Positions 21,148-30,354 of a stretch of 64,000 bases of DNA are shown here, piece by piece. Source of the DNA: a virus (lineage: Duplodnaviria > Caudoviricetes); the IMG/VR virus record IMGVR_UViG_2862465376_000001, positions 92,950 to 156,949 of that record, one strand, 5' to 3'. Position 1 is the first letter of the stretch; each line of letters opens with the position of its first letter. A model generated the notes under the pieces. It was given only the letters and a program-made list of their open reading frames with translations. It had not been told where the DNA came from and ran no database searches. Position numbers and translations under genes: made by a program.

Positions 21148-22545
21148 ATGACGGACATCAGCGCGACCAGCTTCTTCCGCCAGGCGGCGGCCGACCCCCC
21201 GGGGCTCGACTTCGAGCACGAAGAGGTCGACACCGGTGGCAGTAAACGCCCTACCAAGATCCACCTGCACGCCGTCGAGCCCGGCACCGGCGACCGCATG
21301 GGCACCCTCACCTACCACGTGCCCCGCCGCAAAGCCGACAAGATCCTCATCGAACACCTTGGCACCGAAGAGGCCCACCAGCGCAAGGGCGTCGGCTCCG
21401 CCCTCATGGACGAGATGCAGCGCCGCCACCCCGGCACCCCCATCGATCACGGCGACCGGACGGACCAGGGAAAGGCGTGGTGGGACAAGTACACCGACGG
21501 CAAGAAGGTCACCCGAGGCCGCACCATCGCCTCGGCCACCAAGCCCTGCCCCTGCTGCGGCGGCACCGGCGAGCACGACACGGGCTTCGAGTGCTTCCAC
21601 TGCGACGGCGGCCTCACTGTCCCCGCCGACAGCCCCGATGACGCCACCTGTGACGGCCGCCTGCCCGACGGCGGCCAAGGCAAGACGGCCTTCACCACGC
21701 CTGTCCCTGACAACCACGAGCCCTACCAGCACGAGCACGACTGGCTGCCCCGCGACCACTTCTTCGCACCGGGGGAGAAGGGTCTGGACCCGCGCCTGTT
21801 CGACGAGCACGAGCGCATGCACCCGATCGTCCGCCAGCACCTGCTCAGCCTGCTCAACAGCTTCTGGGCGCCCAAGTACGGCGACTCCTGGCAGTCCTGG
21901 GCCCGCGTCTACCTCGCCGGATCCGAGGCCAGCCACTTCTACGGCAACGGCGACCTCGACATCCTCATCGGCATCGACCACGACGCCCTCAACCACCACG
22001 TGGACACCTTCACCGGCGAGCCCCCGGCCGCCGTGGACGAGAAGCTCACCGACGAGCTGCGCCACGGCCTCAACGACGAGGCCCGCATGCTCCCCGGCCC
22101 GGACGGCAAGGAAACCGGCCCCTGGGAGAATACTTGGTATGTAAACCCGTCAAGCTATGACATACGGGACATCAAGCCCTACGCCGCCTACGACATCACC
22201 CGCGACGAATGGGCCGTGAAACCTGTTGAAGTACCAGACGACTTCAGCCCCGAAAAGCTCCCCGAGTCCACCTGGGACGTGTTCGAGGCGCTGCAGAAGC
22301 TGATCGGCGCTGTCCGGGAACTTCCCGACGGAGTGCGCGAAAGGGAAGGCGCAGCGTTGTACGATTACCTCCACGCTGACCGCCACAGCGCATTCGGCCC
22401 CGAAGGAACGGGCCTCTACGACCCCAGCAACGCCGTCTGGAAAGCCCTCGACAAGGCCCCCGACGCACCGTTGCAGCAGCTGATTGACTGGAAGCACGCC
22501 CACGACGGCGTGGCCGCCGCCACGGACCAGGAGAAGGCCGCATGA
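21148..22545 (+). CDS. Multidomain protein: GNAT + CxxCxGxG Zn finger + pol-beta-like nucleotidyltransferase
   Basis: HQRKGVGSALM; CPCCGGTG..CFHCDG; LAGSEAS...GDLDILI. Confidence 0.75.
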   Translation: MTDISATSFFRQAAADPPGLDFEHEEVDTGGSKRPTKIHLHAVEPGTGDRMGTLTYHVPRRKADKILIEHLGTEEAHQRKGVGSALMDEMQRRHPGTPIDHGDRTDQGKAWWDKYTDGKKVTRGRTIASATKPCPCCGGTGEHDTGFECFHCDGGLTVPADSPDDATCDGRLPDGGQGKTAFTTPVPDNHEPYQHEHDWLPRDHFFAPGEKGLDPRLFDEHERMHPIVRQHLLSLLNSFWAPKYGDSWQSWARVYLAGSEASHFYGNGDLDILIGIDHDALNHHVDTFTGEPPAAVDEKLTDELRHGLNDEARMLPGPDGKETGPWENTWYVNPSSYDIRDIKPYAAYDITRDEWAVKPVEVPDDFSPEKLPESTWDVFEALQKLIGAVRELPDGVREREGAALYDYLHADRHSAFGPEGTGLYDPSNAVWKALDKAPDAPLQQLIDWKHAHDGVAAATDQEKAA

Positions 22546-24482
22546 CCGAGCACAGCGCCACGGCGTTCTTCCGCATGACTGGCGCGGTACTGGCCGGTGC
22601 CAACGGAGACCTGCCCAGCGGACTGACCTTCTCCCACCGAGAGCATGCAGATGGCCACGTTGTGCTCGCGCATCCAGATGACAGGCGTGACGTCTCCGTC
22701 GGGTCGCTTTCGTGGTTCAAGCACAAGCGGCCAGGGCCCGAAGACGGGTGGTGCAAGACGTGCGACGACGAGTACCCCGACGGGCACCACTCCCACCCGG
22801 CGGGTGAGGTTGAGGGTGTCCAGGTGCTGCCCAGCTACCGACGCCGTGGTATCGCCTCCGCCTTGTGGAGCTACGCCCACTCGCTGGATGTGACTCCCAA
22901 GCCGGTGCATTCTGCAGACCAGACAGACGACGGGGCAGCGTGGGCACAGCACAGCGCCACGGTGCACTTCCGTGCGGCAGCCGCTTCGAACGGCTGGCAC
23001 CAGGACCCCGGCCACGCGCACGTCTCACGCGGCATGGAGATCGAGCCGGACGGCGGCTGGCACCCCGACGTCGCCCACCGCATCCTGAACGGCACCGCCA
23101 CCCACGACGACGTCCTCGGCCACGTCGACACCGACCACGTCGGGCACTACTGGTCGACCCACAGCACCACGGACCCGGGCTCCCTCCGCGAGCCCCGCTC
23201 CTACGCCGAGCCCCACGAACCGATCTCGAACTGGACCCCGCACGCCGAGCCCGGCGAGAACGTCCTGGGCGCCGCCGGAGTCGTCCTCGTCGGCCACCGC
23301 CCCCACGGCTGGAACCCCGACGACAACCCCGATGACGGCCTGATGGGCAACTCCCACCTGCCCGACCACTCGCACATCCCCCTGCACGAGATCCACTACA
23401 CCGGCGACGGCGAGAACTGGCACACCCTCACCCCGCCCGCCGGAACCACCGTCCACACCGACGGCCAGCACCACACCGCCACCGCGCACGACGGCACCCT
23501 CCACATCGGCTACGTCGGCCTGCACGACTACGACAAGGCCATCAACCGGCTCTCCAGCCTCACGGACTTCTTCCGCGAGGCCAGCCTGCAGGAGACTGCC
23601 TCCATGGACGACGAGCACCTTGACCTCTACCACCGCACCACGCCGGAGGCCGCCGCCGCGATCTACCGCGACAAGCGCATGACCTCCAAGGAGCGCATCG
23701 GCAACGACCGGCCGGTGTTCTTCTCCACCTTCCGAGGCGACGAGGAAGATGCTCAGGGGCGCGGATATGGCGAAGGTGTGGTGCACGTGCGCGTACCGCA
23801 CGAGATCGCCAACATCGACGACGAGTTCCCCTCCGGCGAGGAGCACTACTGGGTGCACGCCGGTCACCTCAAGCCCGAGCACTTCGTCGAGCCGACCCAC
23901 CACACCGCTACCCTCCAGGCCACGGCGGCCGAGCAGCAGTTCCTGCAGCGGCAGGCAGCAGCCGTCCTCCACGACAAGGGCGTGATGGTGGCGCTCGTCC
24001 CGCCGCGCGAGGTCGCCGAGCAGCTGGCCCGCGAGGACGGCCAGCCCGCCGACCAGCTCCACGTCACCCTCGCCTACCTCGGCAACACCAGCGACTACAC
24101 CCGCGAGCAGCTCCAGCTGCTCCCGCAGATCGTCGGCGCCTGGGCCGTCCGCCGCAAGCCCGTCCACGTCCGTATCGGCGGCATCGGCACCTTCAACAAC
24201 GCCTTCAAGGGAGAGCACGTCCTGTGGGCGGCGGCCGACATCCCCGACGGCGCCCAGATGCACTCCAGCCTCGCCCACTACCTCGAAGGCCACGGCTACC
24301 GCCTGCCCTCCGAACACGGCTGGACCCCGCACCTCACCCTCGCCTACGTCGACCGGCACCACCGCTTCATGCCGCGCCTGGACGAGCACCACTGGGACGC
24401 CGAGGAAGTCGTCACCTTCATCGGCGGCACCCGCCACCCGGCCCGCCTCTTCGGCCGACCCAGCACACCCGCCACCCTGTAA
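22542..24482 (+). CDS. Multidomain protein: GNAT + ART-like domain(s) + 2H phosphoesterase
   Basis: YRRRGIASALW; LYHRT..VFFST..GYG..EEH; HVTL and HLTL 2H motifs. Confidence 0.75.
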   Translation: MTEHSATAFFRMTGAVLAGANGDLPSGLTFSHREHADGHVVLAHPDDRRDVSVGSLSWFKHKRPGPEDGWCKTCDDEYPDGHHSHPAGEVEGVQVLPSYRRRGIASALWSYAHSLDVTPKPVHSADQTDDGAAWAQHSATVHFRAAAASNGWHQDPGHAHVSRGMEIEPDGGWHPDVAHRILNGTATHDDVLGHVDTDHVGHYWSTHSTTDPGSLREPRSYAEPHEPISNWTPHAEPGENVLGAAGVVLVGHRPHGWNPDDNPDDGLMGNSHLPDHSHIPLHEIHYTGDGENWHTLTPPAGTTVHTDGQHHTATAHDGTLHIGYVGLHDYDKAINRLSSLTDFFREASLQETASMDDEHLDLYHRTTPEAAAAIYRDKRMTSKERIGNDRPVFFSTFRGDEEDAQGRGYGEGVVHVRVPHEIANIDDEFPSGEEHYWVHAGHLKPEHFVEPTHHTATLQATAAEQQFLQRQAAAVLHDKGVMVALVPPREVAEQLAREDGQPADQLHVTLAYLGNTSDYTREQLQLLPQIVGAWAVRRKPVHVRIGGIGTFNNAFKGEHVLWAAADIPDGAQMHSSLAHYLEGHGYRLPSEHGWTPHLTLAYVDRHHRFMPRLDEHHWDAEEVVTFIGGTRHPARLFGRPSTPATL

Positions 24483-24519
24483 CCCACCACCACGCAACAG
24501 CAGTCAGGAGAACAGTCGC

Positions 24520-25278
24520 ATGGCCACGGAGACCAAGGCCCGGGAGATCCCGCCCTACGTCGAAAGCATCATGAAGGCCGCCACCGACGCCGGGCTGGAG
24601 GTAGTCCGCAACACCAACAGCATCAAGATCAGCGCGGCGAACGGCAAGCGGGGCCAGACCTTCAGCATCCCCCGCAACCCGTACCCCACCGCACCCCAGC
24701 TGCGCTCCAGCATGGCCCGCCACGGCTTCCTCGCCAAGGTGAAGTACGACCCCAGCGCCGCCGAGGCCCCGGCCGAGAAGGACGAGCCGAAGAAGACCGC
24801 CGAGAAGACGGGCCACGCCTGCCCCGACTGCGACCACCCGCCGTTCGCCCGCCCCCAGGCCCTGGGCCTGCACCGGCGCATGAAGCACGGCGTCGTCGGC
24901 ATGAGCGACGAGGCGATCCGCAAGCGCGAGATCAAGGCGGCCAAGAACCAGCAGAGCCCCTCGGCAGACCCGGCCACCGGCCCGACTCCTCCCCCCGTCC
25001 CGGCCCAGGCCCCCGCCCCGGCCGCCGAGACGGACGCCCGCCCGCAGATCGTGACGCCCGCCACCTCCGGCCTCCCGGACAAGGTGTCGGCCGCCGTCGC
25101 CGCCCTCGTCCACGCCGTCGGCAGCGAGACCGCCAACACCGCCACCCTGCACGCCGAGAACGCACGTCTGCGTGCTTTCAAGGACAAGGTGACGGCCGAG
25201 GCCACCAACGGAAACCAGACCCCCATCCAGACCGTCGCCAACATCGAAGCCCTCTGCCGCGCCGCCGACCAGCAGTAA
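24520..25278 (+). CDS. C2H2 Zn-finger protein
   Basis: CPDC...ALGLHRRMKH. Confidence 0.65.
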   Translation: MATETKAREIPPYVESIMKAATDAGLEVVRNTNSIKISAANGKRGQTFSIPRNPYPTAPQLRSSMARHGFLAKVKYDPSAAEAPAEKDEPKKTAEKTGHACPDCDHPPFARPQALGLHRRMKHGVVGMSDEAIRKREIKAAKNQQSPSADPATGPTPPPVPAQAPAPAAETDARPQIVTPATSGLPDKVSAAVAALVHAVGSETANTATLHAENARLRAFKDKVTAEATNGNQTPIQTVANIEALCRAADQQ

Positions 25279-25335
25279 CACCACCACCACCCCAGGACAG
25301 GGCGCGCCACCGGCGCGCCCTTCCTGATCTCTTGC

Positions 25336-25360
25336 AATGCATACTCATGTGCATTAAGGT
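25336..25360 (+). promoter_or_regulatory. Palindromic operator/promoter, copy 1
   Basis: AATGCATACTCATGTGCATT then -10 TAAGGT. Confidence 0.75.
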
Positions 25361-25394
25361 GGGGGTCTCCCGTACCCGCCGCCGAGGAGATCTC

Positions 25395-25853
25395 ATGTCC
25401 GAGAACAACACCGCCCCGCCACTGCCCGCCCCGGAAACCACTCCCGCCATGGGCGCGCTGGGCCAGCTCGCTGAGATCCAGAACGCCCTGAAGGCCATCG
25501 GCGAGCAGATCACAGAACTCACCCTGGACGGCAGCGAACTCGCCCTCACCGAGAGGCAGGCCACCGCAGACGTCCTCCGCGCCCAGGGCAGGCCGATGAC
25601 CTACCGCTCCACCCTCTACCTGTACCTCAAGGAGCGGCGCGGCATCACCGTCGCCGCCAAGGGCAAGCGCCAGCGCAGCATCGGCGACATCGTCCCCCAG
25701 GAAGTCCCCAAGTACCTCTCGCCCGAGAGCCTCCAGGCCATCCGCGCCTCCCTCAGCGCCACCTCCTGGACCATCAGCAAGCTGACAGAGCAGCGCGAGG
25801 AGGAGTACCCCGACCTCCACGCCCGCGCCTGCAGCGAGATCATGGGCGTCTGA
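25395..25853 (+). CDS. Hypothetical protein
   Basis: GAGGAG RBS downstream of the palindrome promoter. Confidence 0.65.
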   Translation: MSENNTAPPLPAPETTPAMGALGQLAEIQNALKAIGEQITELTLDGSELALTERQATADVLRAQGRPMTYRSTLYLYLKERRGITVAAKGKRQRSIGDIVPQEVPKYLSPESLQAIRASLSATSWTISKLTEQREEEYPDLHARACSEIMGV

Positions 25854-25956
25854 GCACACAAAACAACGTCCCCGACTGGAACTCCTTGCCCGGATCCCAG
25901 CCAGGGACGCTGAACGCCACCTCCACCGCAATCATCCCGCCGAGGAAGACTGAGAA

Positions 25957-26931
25957 GTGATGACCGCCTCCAAGCGTACCTGGACCGACACGGCCAAGGC
26001 CACAATCACCACCACCGACTGGGACAAGACCCTCACCGACGGCGGCATCTACCTCCTCGGCCTCGGAGGCTTCTACGTCGGCTACCAGGTCCTCCACACC
26101 CAGGCCCTCGCCGTCGGCTTCCCCCAGGACCAGGCCGTTGTCGTCGCCGCCCTCGCCGACCTCGCCATCCTGCTCTACTCCCGCAAGGCCGTCCGCGAGG
26201 TCAGAGCCGGACGCTCCGCCCGGGTCATCCGCACCCTCGTCGCCCTCTTCTCCCTCGCCACCTTCGGCCTCCAGCTCCGCGACGCCTGGCCCGACCCCCT
26301 CTCCGTCACCTTCCACGCCCTGCCCCCCGCCGTCTGGATCATCGGCCACGAGATGATGCTGCGCGGCGACCTCCGCGACGCCAAGGCCGCCAAGCGCGAC
26401 CAGCAGATCGCCGACGGCCTCCGCCCCGCACCCCTCCCGGCCATCCGCCTGACCTGGTGGCTCCTCGACCCGTTCCACACCTTCAAGGTCTGGCGCCGCA
26501 CCAAGCTGTGGGAGGTCCCCCAGGAGGCCGTCATCCGCCACGAGGCCACCAAGCTGCAGGCGAAGAACAAGGACATCCCCCTCGCCTGGCAGCGCGTCCT
26601 CCTGGACACCCCGGCCGACAACGACGAGCCCGAGGCCCGCACTCGCGCACAGCAGGACTCCCAGAAGCAGGCCGCCTTCGCCGTCACGCTCTACCGCCAG
26701 TCCTCCCGCGACAAGGTCCCCACCGACGAGATGATGGACTTCCTCGCCGCCCTGCCGCCCGCCCCCGCCGAGGGCCGCCCCCTCGACAAGGCCCGCGACT
26801 ACGTAACCCTCGTCGAACAGGAGGCTGACACCCGCGACATCAAGGTCACCGGCGTCTTCCTCGGAGCCCTCCTCGGCGTCGACCCCAGCTACATCTCCCG
26901 CCTGAAGAAGGCCGCCCCCGTCGGCGCCTGA
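25957..26931 (+). CDS. DUF2637-type (plasmid Spd-like) membrane protein
   Basis: Four TM helices; HALPPAVW; IRLTWWLLDPFHTFKVWRRTKLWE; C-terminal HTH. Confidence 0.7.
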   Translation: MMTASKRTWTDTAKATITTTDWDKTLTDGGIYLLGLGGFYVGYQVLHTQALAVGFPQDQAVVVAALADLAILLYSRKAVREVRAGRSARVIRTLVALFSLATFGLQLRDAWPDPLSVTFHALPPAVWIIGHEMMLRGDLRDAKAAKRDQQIADGLRPAPLPAIRLTWWLLDPFHTFKVWRRTKLWEVPQEAVIRHEATKLQAKNKDIPLAWQRVLLDTPADNDEPEARTRAQQDSQKQAAFAVTLYRQSSRDKVPTDEMMDFLAALPPAPAEGRPLDKARDYVTLVEQEADTRDIKVTGVFLGALLGVDPSYISRLKKAAPVGA

Positions 26932-26950
26932 TCCCGATACGATGAACACA

Positions 26951-26990
26951 GCAGGGCCCCGGCGAGCGTGACGGCTCACCGGGGCCCTGC
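26951..26990. terminator. Bidirectional hairpin terminator
   Basis: GCAGGGCCCCGG...CCGGGGCCCTGC between convergent genes. Confidence 0.7.
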
Positions 26991-26998
26991 TGCCGTTC

Positions 26999-27352
26999 TC
27001 AGATGCTGTAGTACGCCCGGTTCAGCGTGTACAGCTCGTCCGCGAGCGGCGCCAGCATGTCGTCCCCCGCCTTCCGGCCGCACAGCGTGTCCAGATCCGA
27101 CGAGAACTGCTTCAGCGTGCTCGCCGACGGCGCCCGGTCCCCCTCCGCGCCGTCCGCACCCTTCGCGTTCACCAGCAGCTCCTCGGCCGCATCCCACCGC
27201 TCGGTGTCATCCATCCGCCCGGCCCAGTCCGAACACGTCCGCGCCCCGTACGGCACCGAACTGCTCTCCCCGCCGTCGCCGGAGCCCCCGCATGCCGACA
27301 CCAGCACCACCACGGCGGCGGCCGCCACGGCCAGACCCGATCTGCGCATCAT
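26999..27352 (-). CDS. Putative lipoprotein
   Basis: Lipobox VSAC after a hydrophobic stretch. Confidence 0.65.
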   Translation of the reverse strand: MMRRSGLAVAAAAVVVLVSACGGSGDGGESSSVPYGARTCSDWAGRMDDTERWDAAEELLVNAKGADGAEGDRAPSASTLKQFSSDLDTLCGRKAGDDMLAPLADELYTLNRAYYSI

Positions 27353-27475
27353 CCCCACCCTCCTGCCGGGCCTCCCCAGCCCGCGTGGGGACATTGAAGC
27401 ACTCGCCTCGGAACTTGCCGAAAACGGCCACTTTCCTGTCCGAGGAAAGTGGCCGTTTCAGGAAACCTTGCCGGA

Positions 27476-27805
27476 TCAGGCAGAGTCGCCGATCCGCTCC
27501 ACGTCGCCTGTCGCCGCCAGGCTCAGCTCCACGTCGTTGTCGAAGAGCACCCGGTACGGGAACGGGGACACGTACCGGCGCACGAGCGTGATGCGCCCCG
27601 GCGCCCCGGCGGGCACGTCGTAGGGGACCCGGCAGTCCTCACCCTCCTGTTCCAGGTCCTCGTCAATGTACGAGCCGCGTAGCCGCCGCACCGCCTGCAC
27701 CCGGTCACCCTCCCTCAGCGTGAGCGAGCCGACGTGCACGCGCCGGGCCACCTCCAGCTTCTCCTCGAAGGTCAGGGTGTCGAGCTTGGCGTCGAGGGTG
27801 CTCAT
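27476..27805 (-). CDS. Hypothetical protein
   Basis: Coupled to upstream ORF; codon bias. Confidence 0.55.
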   Translation of the reverse strand: MSTLDAKLDTLTFEEKLEVARRVHVGSLTLREGDRVQAVRRLRGSYIDEDLEQEGEDCRVPYDVPAGAPGRITLVRRYVSPFPYRVLFDNDVELSLAATGDVERIGDSA

Positions 27806-28158
27806 CGCGGCAGTGCTCCATTCGGTCGGTCGGGGAAGTCGGCGATCGGGCTGCAGGGGATCGTCCAGGTGTCCGGCCCGGTCCGCGTCCACCCAGCCGT
27901 CGCCACGGCGCTGAGCTTGTCGACCGGGTCGTCGAAACGTTGGGGGTCACCGGCCGACCGATCCGGCATGAACCCCCGCTCGATCAGCCGGTACCCTAGC
28001 CCGCCGCCCGGAATGTAGTCCGGGCCGGTGCTGTCCTCAACGACCATCACGTACTCGTCGTCGATGCCGGTGCCCTCGACGGTCAGCCACCACCGGCCCT
28101 TCTTGTCGGCCCGCGCCGTGGCGGTGCGGACATCGGCGGCGGTCTCGGTCTCGCTCAT
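27802..28158 (-). CDS. Hypothetical protein
   Basis: AGGAGG RBS. Confidence 0.6.
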   Translation of the reverse strand: MSETETAADVRTATARADKKGRWWLTVEGTGIDDEYVMVVEDSTGPDYIPGGGLGYRLIERGFMPDRSAGDPQRFDDPVDKLSAVATAGWTRTGPDTWTIPCSPIADFPDRPNGALPR

Positions 28159-28240
28159 CGGTTCCTCCTGGCGGGAAGTGAGCCCCCATCATCTCGCGGA
28201 AGCTCCTCCGGCCGCGCGAGATTCTGCTAACTTCGTAGAC

Positions 28241-28546
28241 GTGCTCCCCGCGACAGCGGGGATGGCCCCAGCCTCAGGGGCGTGCACAACTGCTCCCCGC
28301 ACCTGCGGGGATGGCCCTCGTTAAGGGCAGAGGTGCATTGTTCCCCGCATCTGCGGGGGTGTACCGGTTGACGAGCACGGTGGTTGAGTGCCCGGAGACT
28401 CTTCCCCGCCGACGCGGGGGTGGCTCGGCTTGGTACTTCGAGTAGTCCCCGCACTGGCGGGGGTGGCTCCGCTCCGGCGGAGGTGGATCGCAACGGCGCA
28501 AGCCACGTGGTCAGCAAGATCGCTCCGCGCACGCGGAGGTGAAGGG
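28241..28546 (+). CRISPR. Orphan type I-E-like CRISPR mini-array: 7 divergent repeats, irregular spacers
   Basis: 29-nt repeats such as GTGCTCCCCGCGACAGCGGGGATGGCCCC start at 28241, 28290, 28338, 28399, 28442, 28462 and 28518; no cas operon in the window. Confidence 0.85.
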
Positions 28547-28573
28547 CCCCGACCTCTTCCGGGGCCCTTCTTC
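28541..28573. terminator. Hairpin terminator closing the array
   Basis: GAAGGGCCCCG-N8-CGGGGCCCTTC. Confidence 0.7.
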
Positions 28574-28705
28574 ATGTCCGGCACAGGATCACCACGGCGG
28601 CGGCCAGGAGCAGGACGGTGCCCCAGAATCCTCCGATGAGGACCAGGGCGGCGCGGGCGTAGGGGTGCAGCGGTGTGTGGCGGGTCACGGCGCCCAGTGT
28701 GCCCG

Positions 28706-29548
28706 CTACGGCTTGGTTTCTTCCAGTTCGCCGAAGGGACTGGGGGAGAGGGCGACCATGTCGGGCTTGATCCGGGCGGGCAGCTCGGGCACGTCAGGGT
28801 CGGGGCAGGCGAGCGCGGCGGCCACGGCCTGGTGCAGCACGGTGCGCGGGGTGGCGTTGGAGTCGAGTCCGTGGCCCCGGTAGCTGACCAGCAGCGGTCC
28901 CCGGTCCTGGTAGGAGTGCGGCTCCTTGAAGGTGCGCACCGGCCTGCCGTCGTCGTCCACGTCCAGGTACTGCTTCACGGCCGCGCGGATCTCGTCGGGG
29001 AAGGCGAGGCGGCGGGTGCCGCCGCCCTTCTGCCAGACGTCGGCCGTCATGCGGTGCTGCTCGAAGACGAGGTCCTGGACGGTCAGTTCGGTGATCTGCC
29101 GTGAGCGCAGGCCGACCAGCAGCAGGTAGACGAGGAGCCGGTCGCGGGCGGGCAGCTGGTCGGCGCCGTAGCGGATGAGTGCCATCTGGCCGTCGGTGAG
29201 CTTCTCGGTCCTGGGGGCGTTCCAGGCGCCGGTGCCCATCTTGGGGTGCACTGGCGTGGTCTGCACGCAGTTCTTCTCGCGGGCGTAGGCGTAGAAGGCG
29301 CCGACGGCCGACACTCGCAGCGCCCGGGTGCGTGCGCCGCCGCCCTTCATGTCGAGCCAGGTGACGAAGTGGGAGGGCTGGGCGCGCCAGGCGCCGATGT
29401 GGACGGTGTCCTCGATGAAGTCGAGCCATGCCTTGGCGTGCTCGGCGTACCGCTCGGGGCTGGTGCCCTGCAGGAGGCGTCCCTGTTTGCCCCGGCGGTC
29501 GGGGTTGTGTTCGTCGAGCCAGGTGGCCAGCACGGTGCGCGCGTCCAT
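28706..29548 (-). CDS. Tyrosine-recombinase-family protein lacking C-terminal catalytic motifs
   Basis: SAM-like N-terminus, RDRLLVYLLLVGLRSRQI, KGGGTR; no HxxR, LGH or terminal Tyr. Confidence 0.7.
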   Translation of the reverse strand: MDARTVLATWLDEHNPDRRGKQGRLLQGTSPERYAEHAKAWLDFIEDTVHIGAWRAQPSHFVTWLDMKGGGARTRALRVSAVGAFYAYAREKNCVQTTPVHPKMGTGAWNAPRTEKLTDGQMALIRYGADQLPARDRLLVYLLLVGLRSRQITELTVQDLVFEQHRMTADVWQKGGGTRRLAFPDEIRAAVKQYLDVDDDGRPVRTFKEPHSYQDRGPLLVSYRGHGLDSNATPRTVLHQAVAAALACPDPDVPELPARIKPDMVALSPSPFGELEETKP

Positions 29549-29590
29549 GGCGCACCATCCTGGCATGCGGCTACGACAGGGGGCGCAGCG

Positions 29591-30352
29591 TCAGGTGCTG
29601 CTGCTGCGGTCGTTGATGGCTGGGGGACGGAAGTTGTAGCGCTGCGGGTTGCGGAATTCGTCGTCGAGCCGTTCTACGAGCCATGCTCGGATGATCTGTG
29701 TGACCTTCGGGGCCCACGTCAGTTTGCCGTGGGCCAGCAGTTCGTGCCCTAGGTCCTCGGCCTGCTTCCGCAAGGCGGGGTCCACTCGGATGTTCAGGTT
29801 GACCGACTTCGCCCCGTCGCCTCGGGCTGCTCGTACGGGCTGCTTAGGGGTGAACCGTCCGGCGAGGAACTCCTGCAGCGCCTGGTGTGCCTCGCCGTCA
29901 AGGCTGGCTCCGGAGATTACTGCAGCGGCCTTGATGTCGTCCCTCAGTGTTTCCGGCAGTCTCAGGGGCAGGTTCGGCTTCTTCTGGATCACCCTCTTTT
30001 GGTTGAGGCGGCGGGCGAAGTCTTCCCCCTCTTCGGTGAGCATGGAGGCCACTGCCTCGGCCATCTGTCGGAGCGAGGCGGGAGCCGGGAATGCAGGGGA
30101 GGGCAGGGCTGAGTCGATGGTCGTCATGTCTGCCAGCTTGTGCAGAGTGGCAGCGGCCTGCTGAATCTGTTCGGCACGTTGCTGGTCGTGGAGATCTTGC
30201 CTCTCGTCCTCAGCAAGGTGCCCCTCGCAGGACGGCTGCGTTCCAGCGGGGTAATAGCACGCGGGTTCCCGACAGAGGACTCCGTCGCTGTAGCGCAGGC
30301 ACAGCAGCTCGCTGGTGACAGTGGAGTGCATGGACCGCACTCTACTCAGCAT
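29591..30352 (-). CDS. Tandem ribbon-helix-helix DNA-binding protein (start uncertain)
   Basis: PNLPLRLPETLRDDIKAAA and VNLNIRVDPALRKQAE. Confidence 0.55.
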   Translation of the reverse strand: MLSRVRSMHSTVTSELLCLRYSDGVLCREPACYYPAGTQPSCEGHLAEDERQDLHDQQRAEQIQQAAATLHKLADMTTIDSALPSPAFPAPASLRQMAEAVASMLTEEGEDFARRLNQKRVIQKKPNLPLRLPETLRDDIKAAAVISGASLDGEAHQALQEFLAGRFTPKQPVRAARGDGAKSVNLNIRVDPALRKQAEDLGHELLAHGKLTWAPKVTQIIRAWLVERLDDEFRNPQRYNFRPPAINDRSSST

Positions 30353-30354
30353 CG

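Noticed and set aside
28270-28517. Self-targeting spacers
   Set aside because: No convincing match found by eye in the window; the GTGCATTG similarity to the operator palindrome is only 8 nt. An alignment search is needed.
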